From Candidatus Amesbacteria bacterium GW2011_GWA1_47_20 (GTDB lineage Bacteria > Patescibacteriota > Microgenomatia > CAZETR01 > Amesbacteraceae), in NCBI GenBank assembly GCA_001002405.1, contig LCOA01000002.1:1-54801 (forward strand): 54,801 bases of DNA, read 5' to 3'. The stretch's first letter is position 1. Every line of letters begins with the position of its first letter. The position numbers were made by a program, and so were the translations under genes. Below, piece by piece: positions 28,599 through 38,084 of this stretch. The notes under the pieces were generated by a model. It was not told the origin of the DNA. It saw nothing but the letters and a program-made list of their open reading frames with translations, and searched no databases.

Positions 28599-29440
28599 AA
28601 CTACCCCGGCCAAACCGGCCTAAATAAAAATCAACCACTCCCTTTCTTTGCCAGGGACGGCCCGAGACCAGATGCTGAAGTGACTGACGAAAAAGGGCCA
28701 GTTTGGTGCGCGGCGGCGCCCAGCGCAGACCAAAAAGCAAGCGGTTGCGGGTGGTGTAATAGTCGGCCAGCGGTGAACCTATGCCAGAAGCCTGACCAAC
28801 TCGATGCCAGACAATACTTTCCGGTACATAATAGAGTTTCCAGCCCGCGCGGGAAGCCCTGACGCAGAGATCAGTTTCCTCGTAATACAAAAAATATTTA
28901 GGGTCAATCAGGCCAATTTGTTCCAGAACTTGCTTGGCCGATGTCTACTTCGTCAATACCTATATGTTGAGTAATGAGGTTAGCCCAATCGATCTTGCCT
29001 CCGGCATACCACAGCACGTGGCCCAGCTGGGACGGGGTATACCTGGTTTTGTGAAACTCGAAGCCTTTGGCAAAGTAACATTTGGAACCAAAAATGCCTC
29101 CCATAGGATGGTCGGAGGCGGCATCAGCCAACGCCTGCAGACTCCCGGGATGAACCTGGACGTCGGGGTTTACAATCCAGACAAAGTCCGAGCCGTGGTC
29201 CAAAGCGTACTGCAGGCCCACGTTATTGCCGCCGGCGTAGCCTAAATTTTGCCCCGTTTGGATAAGTTTGAATTTGGGGAACAGCTTTTTAATTAGCTTA
29301 ACCGAATTATCCGTAGAACCATTGTCTACTACCACGATTTCCACTTGATGAGGACGGGTGGCCAGACGACCAAGCGACCGCAGACAGGGAGCGATATATT
29401 TACCCGCGTTCCAATTAAGAACGACTACCGTAATTTTCAT
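28588..29440 (-). pseudogene. GT2 (WbbL-like), frameshifted near 28934
   Basis: N-half ends DEVDIGQ; the shifted frame continues KQVLEQIGLIDPKYFLYYEETD. The expected G-C-x-x-L segment is absent. Confidence 0.75.
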
Positions 29441-30276
29441 ATCCATCGCCTAAGCCAAGTAGGTGAGTTCCACCAGCGATACTCACGGGCTTTACTTTTT
29501 AACTCATGTGTCAAATCGGCTTGACTGAATTTTGTCTCGGCGAAACCTTGGTGTTCCCAGGCTTTGAGGAAGCGTATGAATTCGGAAAACATTTGCAGAC
29601 CGGCTAAAGCCAGACCGTGCAGCCCCTGGGTGTATCCCCGGCGGGCGAAATATTGACTCAAAAACTCGGCTATGGGTTTAGTTACCAGGTCGGCCGGAGT
29701 AAATGAGGTAGGAATGGCAGCTTCAGAGTAACGATCTATGCGTTCTAGGTACTGACTGATGGAAGAATAGTTATGATGCACCAAACTGAATTCTTCTTTG
29801 GCAGGCAAATCTGCTCCCCGGCCTTGGGTAACAGGAATACTGTGAACGGTGTCTTCCCAGGTTACAGTTCCGCGGCGGAACAGGCGATAGACGTAGTCCG
29901 GCCACCAGTGGTCCGAAGTGATCCATTTGCCAAAAATGATATTTTTACGTGGCAGGCGGTAATAATCTACTGCAGAATCCTTGATCAGTTCTTTTATTTT
30001 TTTAGCCAGAGCTGGAGGAACTTCCTCGTCGGCATCCAGTAGAAGTATCCAGTCTCCGATAGCCTTGGAGATGGAGAAATTGCGTATGTGCTCGACGATG
30101 CCCGTGTGGGCATGGGGAAAAACCTTGGCCCCGAGCTTTTTGGCTGTTTCGGCTGTTTTGTCGGTAGTGGCTGCATCTACTACAACGACTATTTCATTCG
30201 CGAGGCGGGAAATGGAAGATATGGCGCGACCGATGTTCTTTTCTTCGTTCCAGGCCGTAATTACCACCGAGAGCAT
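29437..30276 (-). CDS. GT2 glycosyltransferase (beta-1,4-glucosyltransferase-like)
   Basis: LLLDADE, WPDYVYRLF, VHS. Extended -10 TGcTAAAAT lies 6 nt before the ATG. Confidence 0.88.
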   Translation of the reverse strand: MLSVVITAWNEEKNIGRAISSISRLANEIVVVVDAATTDKTAETAKKLGAKVFPHAHTGIVEHIRNFSISKAIGDWILLLDADEEVPPALAKKIKELIKDSAVDYYRLPRKNIIFGKWITSDHWWPDYVYRLFRRGTVTWEDTVHSIPVTQGRGADLPAKEEFSLVHHNYSSISQYLERIDRYSEAAIPTSFTPADLVTKPIAEFLSQYFARRGYTQGLHGLALAGLQMFSEFIRFLKAWEHQGFAETKFSQADLTHELKSKAREYRWWNSPTWLRRWI

Positions 30277-30280
30277 GCTT

Positions 30281-31846
30281 CTATTTTAGCAGAATAGGTC
30301 TAGCCCAGATAGCTACTTGGGAATTTTCAAATAGTTTGGTCATACCCAGATCTGTCTCGCTTAAGCGGGGGCGAACCGAGGCTACCTGGGGTAAATAGAG
30401 ATAGCGAATGTGGTTTGTGGAAAGAAACTGGGCGGCGGAGGTCACATTAGAAGTTGTGAACAGATCTAAGACTTGCTGCCGGCGAGCAGGCCAGGCAAAA
30501 CCGGTGATGTTTAAATTCACCTCGTCCTCCAGATACACCGGTTGACCGGAAAGAGCAGAGACATAAGCCGTAGATTCGTAGAGATACAACGGGCGCGGGG
30601 GCGGAGCGTAAGGATCGGGATTTACGACCGGCGTAAGTACGGTGCCGGCAGGCTGACGGCGCAGAAACTGCAGGGCTTCTAATTCTGAATTGGAAACCAT
30701 GGCTGGAGGTCGGGCAGGCAGATAGACGTCATGGAGAGTGATCAGGGTAGTGGGAAGAGTAAGGAGAACTATCAAAATTTGAAATTTAAAATTTGAAATT
30801 TTCAATACTTCACCGGCGAGGAGGCTGGCAAAGAAAAGCGGGTAGTAGAAGAATTGGATAGTGTTCCAGGGAGTGCCGGATTGCAAAAATAACATGGGTA
30901 AAATAAGGCCCGTTACCATGATGGTGGCGTAAAACAAATTCGACTTCCGCGCCAGAAAAATCAGCCGAGTGCCTAGATTTCCGAGGACAAAAATGGCCAG
31001 GGCCACGGCGTAAGCGAGTACGGCCTTGAACCAGACGCCTGCGGCCCGATAGTTGATCATGGCCTGGTAAAAGCGCGGCCAGTTCAGCCGGTCAGAAAGG
31101 GCCATCATGGTTTCCAAAAACCAGCCGGGTTGAAAAACTACCAGCGAGGCAGACTGGCGGTTGGTAAGAAGCGTCAGAACCGCAGCGATTGCTCCGGTGG
31201 GGATCAAAGTTTTAAAAAGTTGGCGCTGGCGCAGCGCGGCCACGGTCAGACCAACTATAACTAGAATGGCGGCATAAACTTTGATCTGGGCCAGTAAACC
31301 AAAAACCAATCCTGCCAGAAGGTAACGCCGGTTTTCCAAAAGAATCAGGCCCGCTAGCAAGACAACAAGGGACAGAGCGTAGGGAGGATTGATGAGGGTA
31401 GAGATGGATGCCTGGGACCAAAATGTGGATTCGCCCCGGCTCAAAATCCAGGCCCAGTTGCTGCCGAAATACACAAAGAAGACCGACCATAGATTGCGAG
31501 TCAGGCGATAGGTCAGGTAGCCGATAGCCAGAGCCAATAGAGGCGGGGCAATTTGAAAATACAGATTAACCACCGGGATATTGGTCAGGCGATGCAAGCT
31601 GGCCAGAAGTAAATCAAAACCCAAGTGATAATTTTTAATAGTCTCTCCGGCAAACATAGGCATGCTTAGGCTGCCGCGGGACAGGCTTTCGATAAGAGAC
31701 AAATGCCATATGCCATCGTGGCCATTTGCTCCCCAAAACCCCATGCCGAAGTCGTAAACCAGGCCGCTTTTAATCATAGTTTGGGACCAAATGATTGTCC
31801 CTAAAATAATCAATAACCAATGGCGATATTTAGCGACGAAAAGCAT
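30281..31846 (-). CDS. GT-C-fold membrane protein
   Basis: GHDGIWHLSLI, NYH.GFD, multiple TM segments, and a soluble C-terminal domain (ALQFLR...YVSALSG...IRYLY). Confidence 0.65.
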   Translation of the reverse strand: MLFVAKYRHWLLIILGTIIWSQTMIKSGLVYDFGMGFWGANGHDGIWHLSLIESLSRGSLSMPMFAGETIKNYHLGFDLLLASLHRLTNIPVVNLYFQIAPPLLALAIGYLTYRLTRNLWSVFFVYFGSNWAWILSRGESTFWSQASISTLINPPYALSLVVLLAGLILLENRRYLLAGLVFGLLAQIKVYAAILVIVGLTVAALRQRQLFKTLIPTGAIAAVLTLLTNRQSASLVVFQPGWFLETMMALSDRLNWPRFYQAMINYRAAGVWFKAVLAYAVALAIFVLGNLGTRLIFLARKSNLFYATIMVTGLILPMLFLQSGTPWNTIQFFYYPLFFASLLAGEVLKISNFKFQILIVLLTLPTTLITLHDVYLPARPPAMVSNSELEALQFLRRQPAGTVLTPVVNPDPYAPPPRPLYLYESTAYVSALSGQPVYLEDEVNLNITGFAWPARRQQVLDLFTTSNVTSAAQFLSTNHIRYLYLPQVASVRPRLSETDLGMTKLFENSQVAIWARPILLK

Positions 31847-33263
31847 GGAGAAGTTTACGGGCGTCGGTGAATAACGCTGGCCCGACGAGTAAATATACAA
31901 CAATTGCGTAAGCTGCTACCCCAAGCAGGATGTTTCCCACTAGCGCTACTAAGATCATAGCCACTGTCGCCAGCGCCGGCTTGACAAAGCTATTTATCAG
32001 ACTAAAGCCCGTTAAACGCTTGACGATAATGACGGGGATGATGGAGGTTAAGGCGATGAGAGCCGTGGCGTAAGCCACGCCGTTGTAGCCAAAGCGGTGG
32101 GCCAAAGACGGAACCAAGATCCAGGTGAGAGCGGTCCACATGAACATTAAATAAGTATTGGTTTTGACGCGGCCCAGGGCATTGAGAGTGTTCGTTAACG
32201 GAGTAGAAACGCTGGCCAGAGCAGAATTAAAACAATACAGCGTCAGAGCCAAGAGGGCCGGCTGCCATTTGGAGTAGCGGGGAATAAAAAGAACCAGTTG
32301 GGGAGCAAAGACGGCTAGACCGGCCACAATTGGGAAAGTGATAAGCGTAATGAAAAACAGAGTGCGTTCGATGGCCCGACGCAATTCTACGGGATTATCT
32401 TGAAGTCTGGCAAAACTGGGGAATGTGACCCTAGTAACATTATCCATAATAAAACGCAGGGGTTTTTGGGACCAAGTCTGGGCCCAACCAATAATACCTA
32501 CGCCATCGGCCCCTATAATTTTCCAAAGGATGATGTTGATGAAGCGGTCTTTGACGGTGGCCACCAGGGAATTTATCTGATACGGCAGGCCAAAAGAGAG
32601 AAGAGATTTGAGAGAAGAGATAGAGAAGGATAAACCAATTTTCCAGGGCGACAGCCAGTAAATCATAGCTGTGCCGACGACTCCTCGGAAAATGACGGCC
32701 CAGGCATAAGATATGACTCCCCCACCCTGCCAGGCCAAAAGGACGGCAATGCCGTAAAAGATAATGGTTTCCACGACTTCCACTGCAGCCAGCTCTTTAA
32801 ATTGCAATTTGCGTTCTAGAATGACTGATGGGATGGTTTTGAGGGAAGCTAAGAAAAAGGCTGCCAATAGACTGTAAAAAAGCCACGTACCATTGTTACT
32901 GATGTGGTAAAAACTAAATATCCAAGGAGAAACCCCCAGCGTTAACAATAACAGTAAGAGAACTATGATTTGCTGGATGGTGAATGTAGTACGCAGATCG
33001 GTGATAGTTACCTGATCTTTTTTCTGAATAAGTGAGGCGGCTAATCCAATGTCAGAAAAATAACCAAGTATGGAAACTAGATCGTTAACTGCAATAAACA
33101 GACCGATTTCCGGTCGACCCAAAAAAATGGACAGGGCCAGAAAACCGCCGGTAGCCACAAACTGTAACAAGAATGAACGGCTAATAAGCGTGACTATCCC
33201 CGAAACCGTGCGCGCCTTAACAGTGGTCAAATCTACATCCCCGAGCGTCATTTCTTCCGCCAT
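31830..33263 (-). CDS. Wzx/MOP-family polysaccharide flippase
   Basis: SDIGLAASLIQK, LERKLQF, RVTFPSFARLQ; about 12-14 TM segments. TAAAAT lies 6 nt before the ATG. Confidence 0.88.
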   Translation of the reverse strand: MAEEMTLGDVDLTTVKARTVSGIVTLISRSFLLQFVATGGFLALSIFLGRPEIGLFIAVNDLVSILGYFSDIGLAASLIQKKDQVTITDLRTTFTIQQIIVLLLLLLTLGVSPWIFSFYHISNNGTWLFYSLLAAFFLASLKTIPSVILERKLQFKELAAVEVVETIIFYGIAVLLAWQGGGVISYAWAVIFRGVVGTAMIYWLSPWKIGLSFSISSLKSLLSFGLPYQINSLVATVKDRFINIILWKIIGADGVGIIGWAQTWSQKPLRFIMDNVTRVTFPSFARLQDNPVELRRAIERTLFFITLITFPIVAGLAVFAPQLVLFIPRYSKWQPALLALTLYCFNSALASVSTPLTNTLNALGRVKTNTYLMFMWTALTWILVPSLAHRFGYNGVAYATALIALTSIIPVIIVKRLTGFSLINSFVKPALATVAMILVALVGNILLGVAAYAIVVYLLVGPALFTDARKLLHAFRR

Positions 33264-33338
33264 GAAGTCATTTTATCGAACTTGCTTAGAATTTCCTAAT
33301 TTGTAATGGTGGCCACACATCCCCACTCTACTATAGGT

Positions 33339-33366
33339 TTGACAAAATATTGACGGATGATATAAT
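33339..33366 (+). promoter_or_regulatory. Consensus sigma70 promoter
   Basis: TTGACA (33339-33344), 16 nt, TATAAT (33361-33366), then 7 nt to ATG 33374. Confidence 0.75.
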
Positions 33367-33373
33367 TTCGATT

Positions 33374-33571
33374 ATGAAAAATGAACTGGCTCAATTGTTG
33401 GCAGTATTGAACAAGGGGGTGATGACAGAAGATTTGAAAGAAGCCGTTGTTGGGGGAAGGATCAGTGAAGAAGCGGCTGCCAGACTTGCCCAGGCGGATC
33501 ATAGAGGTGGAAGTAGCTCAGTAGACGCCTTAAAGAGTAATGCTGCGGTGCCGTCTACCACGGAAGCCTAA
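33374..33571 (+). CDS. Small hypothetical protein (65 aa)
   Basis: MKNELAQLLAVLNKG...; supported mainly by the consensus promoter in leaderless position. Confidence 0.55.
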   Translation: MKNELAQLLAVLNKGVMTEDLKEAVVGGRISEEAAARLAQADHRGGSSSVDALKSNAAVPSTTEA

Positions 33572-35188
33572 AAAGAGTAATAAGCTCCAAGAAATTGTAG
33601 ATAATATGTTTCCAATGGTTCTGATGGGAGTATTGGTGAGACGAGCGGTGACGGTGTGTTTGCCGGGAGATAAATCGACTTGCATACGACCTAGGATCTT
33701 GTCACGAGAAGGGTCAATAGTTACTTCTTTACCATCTACCCAGATCTTCCAGCCAGGGAAATAGTAGGTCTGCAGTTCGGCTACGGCCGTAGGGGTCCAG
33801 GTGGTGATTAAGTATTCCTGACGATTGGATTTTTTGACTAGAGTTGAATAAATACCATCCCCCGCAACAAATTTTATGTCCTCTAAGGCCGGATCGGCTG
33901 GGGGTTGCGGAGCCCAGATGGGCAGATAATCAAAGATGCCGGAAGTAATTAACAGCTGCCAGGATTTGCCGGAAAACTTTTTGGTATCGGTCATGTCTGG
34001 GTACCATTGGCGGGGATGGAAGTAGTTCGAGTTAATTAAGATGACTAAGCAGACTAAGATGATTAAGGTTCTTTTAGAAATAATTAGGGCTATGGCCCCA
34101 GAAAGAAATGAGGCAGCAAAAATTGAGATGGTTAAGAACCGCCAAGGAAATTGCAGAAACTCAAGTGGAGGAAAAGCCTTCCATATGGGCGTGGCTTTGA
34201 AGTGGGACATAAACAAAAAACTCAAAGTGCCAAGTGCAAAAAACAAAACTAATGAGAAATGTTTTTTAAGATTTTTAGTGAATGGGAGAAGAACTAGGAT
34301 GATGGCAGGGATAATCCAGTGCAGGTAGCCCAGGGCGAAACTCATGGTATCTCCCCGACCGTAAACAGATTCTCCATAACCCCAATTGATACGCAAAAAT
34401 ATCTGGTTTAAATCAAGAAAGTGAGCTAAGTAGTTGAAGTAACCGGCGGTTAGAGTCCAGACGGAAACGAATTTGGTTTCGAAAAGGACGGGGAGAGTGA
34501 AGAAGGCGGCCAGGCCGAGAGCCCAGAGGGCGGAGAAGAATAAATTTCTAATTGACCTAATTGAACTAATTGACCTAAATTTAAATGTCCAGAAAAGACA
34601 CCAGATGACCAGGACCGGGGCGAAGATCATGAGAATGGGATTGTGGGATAGCATCAAACCGGCAACAGATATGGCTACGAGGGGAATGTATTTTGCCCCA
34701 TCGTGAATGAGTTTGTAGGAAAAATAGAAAATGGCTGGAAAGAGCGCTAGAGCCCAGAATTCATTCATGGCTCCCCTAACGTAAAAATCCACCGAGTGAT
34801 ACGGTGCGTAAGTGTAGAATGCGGCGGCTACCAGACCGCCCAGTCTACCCCAAAACTCTCTGCCCAAAAAATACATAGAAGCAGCCGCGGTGATAAAACC
34901 CAAGACACCTACGGATTTGACTACGTCGATATATTGAAAGCCCAGCCAGCGGAAAGGCTGGCCAATAAGATACGGCAGGGGTGGATAATAATTAAAAAGC
35001 GGGTAACCGTAACCATAACCTAAATCCAGACTCCAGCGGCAAGGAAACTGGAGGTCTACCAAACATTGATCCATCTTTTGCTGGCGGATGGACTGCATAT
35101 CATCATGCATAGAGAAATAACCCCTCTGCACCAGCGGAGCAAAGGCGGGGAGAATGAGAAGCAAGAGCAAGACCAAGTCCTTTTTCAT
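33530..35188 (-). CDS. GT-C-fold membrane protein (YfhO / PTPS-related membrane domain)
   Basis: MHDD, PCRW..DLGYGYGYPLFNYYPP, YVRGAMNE, QFPWRF, YFPGW; paralog of 9956-11455. Confidence 0.75.
   Translation of the reverse strand: MKKDLVLLLLLILPAFAPLVQRGYFSMHDDMQSIRQQKMDQCLVDLQFPCRWSLDLGYGYGYPLFNYYPPLPYLIGQPFRWLGFQYIDVVKSVGVLGFITAAASMYFLGREFWGRLGGLVAAAFYTYAPYHSVDFYVRGAMNEFWALALFPAIFYFSYKLIHDGAKYIPLVAISVAGLMLSHNPILMIFAPVLVIWCLFWTFKFRSISSIRSIRNLFFSALWALGLAAFFTLPVLFETKFVSVWTLTAGYFNYLAHFLDLNQIFLRINWGYGESVYGRGDTMSFALGYLHWIIPAIILVLLPFTKNLKKHFSLVLFFALGTLSFLFMSHFKATPIWKAFPPLEFLQFPWRFLTISIFAASFLSGAIALIISKRTLIILVCLVILINSNYFHPRQWYPDMTDTKKFSGKSWQLLITSGIFDYLPIWAPQPPADPALEDIKFVAGDGIYSTLVKKSNRQEYLITTWTPTAVAELQTYYFPGWKIWVDGKEVTIDPSRDKILGRMQVDLSPGKHTVTARLTNTPIRTIGNILSTISWSLLLFLGFRGRRHRSITL
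34543..34579. repeat. (CTAATTGAC)n 9-mer array, copy 2
   Basis: 35/37 identical to 2792-2828. Confidence 0.85.
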
Positions 35189-36663
35189 AGTTTTTTAACT
35201 TCAAAAAACAGTAGATATTCCTGGGTACCGTCGGGTTTGACGGCCTTGGGGTAGGAAGAAATCAGTTTCAGTCCTAATTGGTCCGGGTCGCCTTGGAAAC
35301 GGGTGGAGTTGATGACTAAAAATACTTGATTATCGGCTAAGGCAGATTTAAGTTTGTCGGGCACAGAATCAATCCACACTCCAACGCCAACGATTCTTAC
35401 TGTAGGGAGATCGTTTAAATACAGCTGGAGGGCGTCAAAGGGGGTACCAAAAAATCCTTCGCTGCCTACTAAAACTGGACCGGCGGCGGCGGACTGGCGC
35501 AGGCGCCGAGCTACGTCGCGTAGGCCGTATCCAGCTGTCCAGTCTTCCAAATATCCCGATCTCTCAATGCGCGGCAGCGGTAAAGATTCAGGACTAGTGA
35601 CGGCTAAATAATTTATGATCAGAGCCGGAACAATGATCAATCCTGCTGCAGCAACAGATAAAAAATGTTTCTGGGTGCGTTGACCGATATGTTCCAGCGC
35701 GTGAGCAATTAAAATAACGGCAAAGGGTACGGTAAACATCAGGTAACGGGCGGTGAATGCCCGAGCCACGGCAGATTGCACCAGAGTGGGGCCTAGCCAC
35801 CAAGCGACTAAAACTAGGCGGGCTTGCCAATGGGATTTGCTTCCAGCTAAAACACCGGAAACGGCGGCCAATAATCCTAAGGGGGTAAGAAAATACGCCA
35901 GGAAAAGAAGTGTGTCCTTGAGATGGGGTAAGAACGGATCGAGGGGATGAGCTAAGACTTCTGCTAAGGGGAATACGTAATCCGCGTTGCGCAGAGCGAT
36001 CATGTGGAATTCTGGTCCCAGGCGCAGAATGTTGTACATGCCAAAGGCAATGACATAAGTAGTGAGTAGATACAGCAAATGTTTTGGGTGGGGTTTAACG
36101 ATGAGGAAACTGAGAGGCAAGAGACCAAAGGCGAAAATGGCCGGAGATTTGGTCAGCCAGGCAAACCCTAGAGCAAAACCGGCAAACATGGCCAGATCTA
36201 ATCGCTTGTGCACAAAAGACAGATACGAAAAGACAAATGTCCACACCAAAAACATGGTCAATAAACTGTCTGTTAGGGCCATACGGTCAAAGAAAACAAA
36301 ATACGGAATAACCGCGGCCAACAAACCCGCTATAAGAGAAAGACGGAGATTAGAAAATAGAAAGTAGGAGACGAGAGCGATGCCGACGACGGAACCTAAA
36401 CCGGCTAGGGCCGAGAGAGCCCGGCCGGCTAGAAGCGGATCGGAGAAAAGTTTCAACAGAGGGATGGTGGCCCACATGAAGAGAGGTTGTTTACCATCGG
36501 AGAGAGGCAGGAAGCGTAAAGTAGACTCTGCCCGCATGACCTGGGACCAACGGACATAAATGGCCTCATCTGCAAAAATGGGGAAAGAGTTAAGATTCCA
36601 AAAACGAAGTGCTCCTGCTAGCAAAAGAATGATTAGACTAGTTATCCAGAAGTTTTTGCTCAT
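35185..36663 (-). CDS. GT-C (PMT/ArnT-like) membrane glycosyltransferase
   Basis: IFADEAIY, DGKQPLFMW, FFDRMALTDS, LTKSP, ARY. Confidence 0.85.
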   Translation of the reverse strand: MSKNFWITSLIILLLAGALRFWNLNSFPIFADEAIYVRWSQVMRAESTLRFLPLSDGKQPLFMWATIPLLKLFSDPLLAGRALSALAGLGSVVGIALVSYFLFSNLRLSLIAGLLAAVIPYFVFFDRMALTDSLLTMFLVWTFVFSYLSFVHKRLDLAMFAGFALGFAWLTKSPAIFAFGLLPLSFLIVKPHPKHLLYLLTTYVIAFGMYNILRLGPEFHMIALRNADYVFPLAEVLAHPLDPFLPHLKDTLLFLAYFLTPLGLLAAVSGVLAGSKSHWQARLVLVAWWLGPTLVQSAVARAFTARYLMFTVPFAVILIAHALEHIGQRTQKHFLSVAAAGLIIVPALIINYLAVTSPESLPLPRIERSGYLEDWTAGYGLRDVARRLRQSAAAGPVLVGSEGFFGTPFDALQLYLNDLPTVRIVGVGVWIDSVPDKLKSALADNQVFLVINSTRFQGDPDQLGLKLISSYPKAVKPDGTQEYLLFFEVKKL

Positions 36664-37363
36664 ACTTGTTAGTATACCTGATGCGCCACAGGTCGCGGAA
36701 CATATTGACCACGCCTTCCCAAAAACGCACGGAACTACCGGGAGCGTCGGCCCAAGTAACGGGCATTTCCAGGATTTTTAATCCTGCCCTCTCGGCCAGA
36801 TACAGAATCTCCACATCAAACATAAAGCGGTCGATCTGACTCCGAGCAAATAGCTGGCGGGCGATAGACCCGCGGAAAACTTTGAATCCGCATTGAGTGT
36901 CTTTAAAACGACGCAACCCGACTAAGATATATTTAATTTGATCGAAAATTATGGAAGCTAACTTGCGAAAAATTGGCGGTTTTTTGTTAATGTGAGATTT
37001 AGCTTGTCCCCGAGAGCCAATGACAATATCTACGCCATTTAGCTGTTTAAGTATCTTTGGCACTTCGGATAGGGGTGTGGAGAGATCGGCGTCCATAAAA
37101 AGTACCGGATCTCCCCGGGAAGCCAAAACTCCGGTGCGCACGGCGTAACCTTTGCCACGATTGGGGTGGTAACTGATTAAACGGGCGCGGGGTGTTTTGG
37201 CAATAACTCGAGTCACCGTCTGGACGGTGGCGTCACTTGAGCCATCATCCACAATGATCAATTCAAAATCGGGATAGTGGGTACGGAAAAACTTGAGAAC
37301 TGATCCCAGGAGCGGCCCCAAGCGCTTGGCCTCATTAAAGCTGGGTATGATTACGGAGAGCAT
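36638..37363 (-). CDS. GT2 polyprenyl-phosphate glycosyltransferase (DPG synthase/ALG5-like)
   Basis: VDDGSSD, NRGKGYAV, FMDADLSTP, DTQCGFK, FDVE. Confidence 0.88.
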   Translation of the reverse strand: MLSVIIPSFNEAKRLGPLLGSVLKFFRTHYPDFELIIVDDGSSDATVQTVTRVIAKTPRARLISYHPNRGKGYAVRTGVLASRGDPVLFMDADLSTPLSEVPKILKQLNGVDIVIGSRGQAKSHINKKPPIFRKLASIIFDQIKYILVGLRRFKDTQCGFKVFRGSIARQLFARSQIDRFMFDVEILYLAERAGLKILEMPVTWADAPGSSVRFWEGVVNMFRDLWRIRYTNKYEQKLLDN

Positions 37364-38084
37364 ATGCGTTGGTAAGGGCGCGCCAGCGGACAAGAAATAA
37401 TTCAGTAACTCCGGCAATGGCGTCGCGGACAAAACTCACCCGGCGGGTTTCCTGATGCCGCCAGGAAACAGGAACCTCCGTTATTTTGTAGCCCAGTTTG
37501 CGCCCGAGATACAACATCTCCAAATCAAAGCCAGGATTGACCGCGGGGCCAGACACAACACCGGGAACGTGGACCTTGTTCATGACGGCAAAAATTTTGC
37601 GGGCAGCGAGTTTGTTAAAAGCCTTAAAGCCGCATTGAGTGTCCCAAAATGGCAGACGGAGAATGAGAGTGCGCATAATAATCATCCCAAAAGCTAAAAT
37701 TTTTCTAAAAACCGGGGCGTTGGGACGACCGGAACGGGAACCGATGGCAATGTCTGTTCCAAATTTAAAAAGCGGAATAAATTTGTCCAGCTCGGAAATG
37801 GGCGTGGCCTGATCCATATCGGTAAAGAGAATAATATCCCCGGCGGCAGCCAGAGCACCGGTGATGACCGTGGCGGCTTTGCCCTGGTGAGGGTTGTCTA
37901 TAATTCTGATAGGGTATTTTTGCAATAAAGAGAGAGTGGCATCCGAGGAGCCGTCGTTGACGGCGATTATCTCCCAGGAATATTTCTGTTTTTTAAGATA
38001 TTCAAGAGCTACATCCAAAGATCCTCGCCGGAGGTTGTCTTCTTCGTCATAGGCCGGAATAATAACAGATAAATATGGTTTCAT
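37335..38084 (-). CDS. GT2 polyprenyl-phosphate glycosyltransferase (DPG synthase/ALG5-like)
   Basis: NDGSSD, HQGK, FTDMDQATP, DTQCGFK, FDLE. Confidence 0.88.
   Translation of the reverse strand: MKPYLSVIIPAYDEEDNLRRGSLDVALEYLKKQKYSWEIIAVNDGSSDATLSLLQKYPIRIIDNPHQGKAATVITGALAAAGDIILFTDMDQATPISELDKFIPLFKFGTDIAIGSRSGRPNAPVFRKILAFGMIIMRTLILRLPFWDTQCGFKAFNKLAARKIFAVMNKVHVPGVVSGPAVNPGFDLEMLYLGRKLGYKITEVPVSWRHQETRRVSFVRDAIAGVTELFLVRWRALTNAYALRNHTQL

Noticed and set aside
23333..29440. Programmed ribosomal frameshifting in the two split GT2 genes
   Set aside because: No slippery heptamer at the junctions and coding sequence appears to be missing, so deletion or misassembly is more likely.
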